Part shown: piece by piece, positions 57,301 through 64,000 of the stretch
How positions within the stretch are numbered: the stretch's first letter is position 1
How the letters are laid out: each line of letters opens with the position of its first letter
Source: Tubulanus polymorphus
Lineage: Eukaryota > Animalia > Nemertea
Reading direction: 5' to 3'
Length of the DNA stretch: 64,000 bases
NCBI RefSeq assembly: GCF_964204645.1
Contig: NC_134033.1
Span: forward strand, 6,596,231 to 6,660,230
The notes under the pieces: model-generated
What the model was told of the DNA's origin: nothing
Database searches by the model: none
What the model saw: the letters and a program-made list of their open reading frames with translations, nothing else
Translations under genes and position numbers: made by a program

Positions 57301-60300
57301 ATGGACGCAAAAATGACTTCGGACAGCGCGAAAAAGAAAACCATTCTAGATATTCTGGCTGAACGACCCGTTGTCGGTGATGGGAGTTACGTTATGACGT
57401 TGGAAAAACGGGGTTATGTCACAGCTGGATATTGGACACCTGAAGTTGTGCTCGAAGAACCAGACGCAGGTAACGATGGTTAAGCCGTAAATTAAGTAGA
57501 TCTTAATTTAGCCCGGTCAGTCTAAGCTAAATTGTAAAAATACATGATTATAAAAAGATCAGTCAAAGCTAATTTAGGATCCCGGTTGTAAAAGCATGTA
57601 AAAGATTTTGAACTGGAGGAGGTTGTTAATGAGACAATTGGAATTTAACTGTTTTAGCAGAATGTTATGTTTTAAAAATGAACCCACACAAGATAATACT
57701 CGCCATAAGAAAATACTTGAATTGTATGAATTGGCCTTAGCGAGCCATTATTGCCCAGAATTTAATCCAATTCGTATTGAAATCTAAAATCTTTCTTCAT
57801 TACATTTCAATTCTTTAGTAAGAAATTTACACAGGGAGTTTGTACGCGCTGGTGCAGATGTTGTTCAGGCATTTTCATTTTTCGGCTCTGATAGTTCATT
57901 GAAATTTGATGTAAGTACCATTGTTGATCTAGATTGAGATGGCTTGCCATCCGAAATATTTAGCTCTCTAAGCTTTATTATAATACAGCTCTCTTGCGCT
58001 GTACCACTAGCGTTGTATCTCTCTACCACAAATATGCAACCTTTGATACCACCCCTCACCTATGAGCCATTGCTAGTGAGAAACGGCATCCAGCATCGAG
58101 GAATCATCTGTCGGGTTGAGATATCTCAATTGCTTCTGGCACTTACCTCTGTTCCAGAAAAAATGACTGCATCCCCATTTTCAATGAAGAGCCTACATCG
58201 AATAGGTCCGATAGATGCGCAGTCATGTCCCAGATTTAAGACCGTCTGAGGCCGTCTTAGTAGATTAGCTAATCAAACCATGCACTGTGCAGCTGGGTAC
58301 AGGAATATACAGTTATATTAAAAAAACACGTCGTTTAGCTATTTTTTGAAGATTTTATAGACTGTATCAAAAATGTAGTAAATCTCAAACGTAGTAAATT
58401 TGAAATGTGGTAAATCTAAAAATGTTCTGGGTTGTATCTGCTTTGGTTTACGAATACATGAATGACGTGTGAAAGATAAACACAGAACCTTCCATAAGCT
58501 GTCTGCCTGCTGTCATAATCTTCATAGATAAATGGGGCATTTTATACCATTATGCGACGATGTCAAGATATACGGATTTTGGAGGTTCACTTCTTAGAAG
58601 TATTTTTCTGAATTCACTGCTGCAGGGCGTCGAATTGAATCGAAAAGCATGCGAGCTGGCGCACGAAGAAGCACAACCACACGGGCTACAGGTGTGCGGA
58701 GGCATTTCACCGACGAAAAGCTACAAACAAAACGCTGGCGAAGATGTTGTGAAGAGCGAATTCAGGAAACAATGCGATGTCTACATCGAGAATAATGTGG
58801 ATTTTCTATTGGGAGAGGTAGGTTACAAAAGATAACTGTTGTTTCATTTATTTATTCTTCTAGCCAATTCCTGTTATTCACGTCTGATTATTTTAAATCT
58901 CAAATTCAATCTGATGGATCAATAAAATTAACTTATTTGGTGAGGTCAGGGATTTGTACAGCCCTGACCTGAAAGAAAACTATTGGGGGGCCCAATGCCA
59001 GGGAATCCATGGCATTTGCTTTTTGGTTTCTACTTAAACTTTAGATATGTATTCTCAAAGGGTACGTGTGTTGTACGTTCATAATATAAATTTTGCTGAT
59101 TTTGTTTCTTTTCAATGTTATGTATGGTGTAATTGTTTTTCATTCTTTGTAAATTCTTTATTCCTCTTTTTATCACTCAATGTCTGTAGGGTGAAAATAA
59201 ATCTAACATTATCTAGGGTGTACAATTTCGATGAACTGTAAAAGCTTGATTCCATAACAGTACTACATCTACCACAAAATATATATCTTATTAATATTTA
59301 ACTTGGTTTTTGGTACAATTCTAATTGAAGATTTATTTACTTAAAGTTGATTCAATCTTACTTGAAAGTGAATTAAAAATCTAAACGCGAAAAATTAACC
59401 ATTAACTACCAACGATACTGTTCCGAGACCTTAACTTGCAAGTTGGATAAGGGAGCATCTCAAAATTTCAATAGTTGCGTCAATTAGGATAACTGTTGAT
59501 TTTCTAATGAGAGTCCACAGACAAAGATAAGACATTCTCACGAGTGTATTTCGATCACAACTTTTAATTGATAAAATAGCAAAATTACAAGTGAAAAACG
59601 TATTAAACTTTAATAACCTTTATAAACAAAATGAAATACATCTTGGATACCAACAGCATCTAAAAGAGAGACGGTTAAATGTACTGCTTGTAATACATAT
59701 ATTTGAAATTCAATTCAATGTTATCTTTATTGCACCGAAATAAATCGATAGTTCGGCAGTCGTGATGAATCCGCTAATATACCCTCATAAAATTCAAAGA
59801 TGTGTTCGAGTATTTCAGTTTGAAAGTTTTTTCAAAGGCTTTGATGCTCAAAATAATACTAATTCCGGTTTAAAAAAATTTCTATTAGTTTTTCGGAAAC
59901 GTGATAGAAGCCGAATGGGCAGTAGAAGTGATGAAATCGTACAGTTTACCAGTGGCGTGTACAATGAGAACTGGTCCGAAAGGCGATTTCACGGGTGTCG
60001 ATCCGGGCCAGTGCGCCGTAAGACTCGCCAAGAAAGGTATCGTATTGGTCTCCTATGAGATTCGTTTCAATATGCGTATGAACCGAGAAAACCCCAGTTC
60101 TGTACCCGGAAGAAATGAATTTTGTGTATTTTGTGTTTATGCGTTTAAATATTTAGTTCCGCAATCGCACACCAGATCACAAAAGCGACGAAACAAAAAA
60201 CAAAGACGCCAAGGAGTTGTTCCGCAAACAAGACCGACTTGCCTAATAAACATATACTGCGTGAAACATATAAAAAAACTGATATGTTTTTAAGAGAATA

Positions 60301-63110
60301 TTGAATAAATCCAAATAAGAATTTAATTTCAAGAACAAAATTGTTCAACTCTTTAGGTGCAGACATCGTAGGTGTTAATTGTCAATTTGATTATCACACG
60401 TCATTGGAGACGATAGAATTAATGAAACAAGCTCTGGATGAAGCTGGTTTGAAACCGCATTTAATGACGCAACCTCTGGGTTTGTTGGCTCCAGAGGTGC
60501 GCGACACGGTGCTCGGTTATACCCTACTACCTGAGGCAATGCTAGGTACGTATGTGCATGAACGGCTTAATGTTCGTAAGTTTGCGCCAAATTAAAGCGA
60601 CTGTTCATTTAAGAAAAATGTTGGTTCGATAAGACTCGGAAAAATTAAGTTTTACATTGGTGTGGGTTTGAACACAGTTCCACAGTGTGGTTTATATATG
60701 CACCAATTGATTATTTCATTTCAGCGTTGGATCCTCGTGTATTGACCCGTTGGGAGTGTCGCGACTACGCCAGGAAAGCTTACGATCTCGGAGTTCGCTA
60801 CATTGGAGGTTGCTGCCAGTTCGAAAGTCATCACATCAGAGAAATTGCCGAAGAGGTATTTCTATAGAACATTAATTGTTCTCCCTCGTCTGTTTTGGCG
60901 TGTACACCTTTGAACAATTCTAGCGATTGACATTAAAACATCTAAGAAACTGTTCGATAGAGTCGACTGATAATAACTGAAACTGAATGGCAATCCGGTA
61001 GAAAACTGGCTAAATGCGTACCGCATCGTTTAAGCTCGTTCGATTATCATTTGAGCTGAAGCCAGTTTCACTTAAATGAGTTACCTCCGTTTTTTTTTAT
61101 GTTTAGTTCACCTGAAGCAGGAAGCATAGCGAAACAAACCAACAGCGCCAATATTGGTGAAGTAGTGATTCTATCGCATGGTTCCAATGTGGCGGCGGGT
61201 TGATCAGTTATGATATCCCCTCGTTGGCGCTGTTTGGTTAATGTGTTTCTTTGACATCGCGCACGATCGAACATATGTTTATTTTTCTAACGAAAAAATG
61301 TTTCGTGTTTATTTCATGCTGGATGCGCTATGGATTTCATGACCTTAATCCCAGGCCACTACGAAGGAGGTGGCACAATTTTAACCCACGCCGTATGACC
61401 TTAGAACTATGCTCTATGACGAAAAACAAAACAATAAAAAAAAAGGATATTTGTTACCGATTTTTCGAAATGTTGAAAGCACAAGGAGTTGATGTACCAT
61501 CACTGATCCTACTGCTTAATTAAACAACTTAATAAATGTACGTCTGAATTCATTAAACACATGCACTGTTGCAAACTTCTTTATATTAGGATGAGTCACA
61601 CATATAACCGCTCTAAGCCATGTCCGGTGTTTGACTCTCCCCTTAATCTCAATCAATACTTGTCTTACCGGTAAAATTCTTGTTTTTGTTATCAGCAGTA
61701 TACCCATACGCCATCTATCCAAATTTGTTGTTATTAACGTTGAACCAGATATGCAAAGGAATGACTAAATTTGATTTCTAAAAACTCATCAAAAATTTGT
61801 ATTGTGGTAACCACCTGGTTTCATATTCAATTCATTTTTCAAGTTGGCGGAAGAGAGAGGATTTCGTCCGATTGGAAAAGACCACAGTATACCGTTTGGT
61901 GCCGGTAACACGGGAGAGGACAATAATGCATCTAAAGTCGTCAAATCAAGGTGAATGGAGATAAATTGAAAAATAATCGTTGCTACATTGTTCAGTGTAA
62001 CTGCAAACAATCATCATAAGGGGAAGTGGAACGACTTACTTCTGGATCCACATAGACTGGTATCAACTTTAACCCGGGGGCTAACTCAATTTCGTTTCGT
62101 TTTCGCTTTCAAGTTAACCACTGGGTTGGAGATAATACCAGGCTAACAAACCAGGCTCTGCAAAATATTCATAAGTCACGGAAATCTGACAATTGGGAAA
62201 ACGATATGTCCAACATTTTTCTTAAATCATAAACCGTGAGTGAGAAAAATATATAATCGGAAATTGACAAGCGGAACATCAGAGAGAAATATTTCCCTAA
62301 CTAACTAAGGTCGGAATGGACGGTAAATTGGCGACCGAGAGAAAATGCCTTCAAGTTTAGCGCTCCGAGAAGCCTGAAATGTATTCCGAGCGTATTGTTA
62401 TTATATACCTGACGGTTGTAGTGGTACATGATAGGCTACTGAGACTGCAGTCAGACCACCTTAAAAATGGTCAGTTTAATAGGAATCGGGGAAGTCTCGA
62501 TACACGAGTCTATAATAGAGAAGAGAGCGATCAGACACAATCTGGATTCGACGAGTTGTCGCTCAACCAGGAATTCGATTGAACCCAATTCTGATCTATT
62601 TTGGCACCCTTGTGATATGTCCCCTGCAAACCCACCCGCTGGGCTCTTTTGTTTGTCTTTATTTTGTCTTTAACCCGAATAAGACTAACTAGAATTCCAT
62701 GGGAATTGTTCTTGTGGCCAACGCCACAGTTATGTGGGAAGGGCAAACAACGAAAGTTGAACGAAATGTGTCCCTCCGGCTACTTAAATTCGTAGATCCT
62801 AGTTTGGTGATTATATTGGGCCCGTGTTGTCTTGGTCTCCAAGCAAAACATCTAAACATACAAATGTGTGTAGTATGGTGTTTTTTATAATTTGTACTTT
62901 TCTAAACGTTTTTTTTTTCTAGACGTGGAATTCCATAGAATAATGTAACAAATTTTTGATCGTTATTCCTTACTGTATGAAACATTGACCTTAACGTAAG
63001 TGTATTTCTTTGTTAGGGTTGGAAGAGACTATTGGATGAATTTACTACCTACGACGGGGAGAGCTGAAACATTCCGAAAAAAAGAAGATTTTGGAGTTGA
63101 TGAGCATTAA
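57301..63110 (+). CDS. BHMT: Betaine-homocysteine S-methyltransferase-like protein; exons 57301-57469, 57819-57910, 58626-58817, 59889-60036, 60357-60545, 60725-60855, 61844-61950, 63017-63110; 373 aa
   Basis: Exons total 1122 nt and are open; [29 protein letters not shown], zinc ligands GVNC and IGGCC, YW.NL.P.TGR; canonical splice sites. Confidence 0.92.
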
Positions 63111-64000
63111 CCGTTCCTCAGGGGCAGTAACATATAGCCTATCGTGATTTTTAGAAACTATCTGCACTATGACTACCAATGGACTTATGATAAAAACGCG
63201 CGGTTCATCTGCAAGTGGTGTCTCCATGTAGCGTCCACGCTTGAATCCATGGCATAACCACGCGTGGTAATATCTATGGTGGCGTCAACGTTTGGCATCT
63301 ACGTGGCATCGAAATGCTGGGTCCACACGTGGCATCAGATTGCGGCGTCTCGCGTGGTGACAGCACATGGCGTAGTGTCTACTTGCGGCGTCGCGTCAGT
63401 GCTGATACGCTACACAAATATATTTGTTTAGTGATAAACTGTTAAACTAGAAGATTTTTTTAAACACTGAGCCACGTTTCGTTTGGTAATATACATTTAT
63501 GATTGTAAAATTACGGAGACCGCAAGATATAATTAACAATTCAGAGAATAAAATAAAAACGTACACGCCACAAATATTATAAGACTTATTGCGGCGTCGC
63601 TTATAAGCCGGCTTCAGTCGTTGTCATCTGAAACCTTTGACAGGTTAAGAAATATGATTTTTTTTTAAACGGCCGTTAAGGCTTCATGTTTCGTCTGCAA
63701 TTCACTGCAAATAGTTACGCAACTATGCACATTTCAGTGTTTTTGGCAGCTGTACACTCAATCGGCACCGTTCGTGACTAGCTTCACTGCGGAATTATCA
63801 TTAATTAACATCGCCATATCACATCATCAACTTATATTGTGCCTTAAAACCCTAATAGCCGAAATAATTGAAATGCACACACGATTTCTATCTTTGAAAA
63901 TTGAGAGAGTGGCCATGTTTGTGTTCTGCTGCTTTGCGTAAATCCCGCGCGGTGGCACAACCGCGCGGAGTGGGGCCGATACGTCCAGGGAGAAACACAC

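Overview
This is an AT-rich eukaryotic genomic window with spliced genes, probably from an invertebrate. Host genes are a 3-exon cytosolic sulfotransferase (16136-47604, +), an 8-exon betaine-homocysteine methyltransferase-like gene (57301-63110, +) and an Ig-domain gene on the minus strand. The 30.5-kb second intron of the sulfotransferase is a stack of nested mobile elements. It holds a LINE interrupted by a Helitron and by a young Gypsy LTR retrotransposon, a Penelope remnant, and a decayed ~19.5-kb Polinton/Maverick (adintovirus-like) element with pPolB, penton, major capsid, integrase and packaging ATPase. Main finding: the Polinton protein-primed DNA polymerase carries a ~355-aa intein with a LAGLIDADG homing endonuclease inside catalytic motif C (YFD|...|TDS), closely resembling the giant-virus (Mimivirus-type) PolB intein as recalled from memory. 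In addition, 12 Polinton ORFs start at a TAAATG motif, most with an upstream T-run, like poxvirus late promoters. Together these suggest an endogenous, large-DNA-virus-dependent (virophage-like) element of an animal. Also present are an env-bearing Gypsy remnant, Penelope hammerhead ribozymes, two DINE-1/HINE-type elements with CTCF-like motif arrays, MITEs and minisatellites. All calls are by eye; no searches were run.
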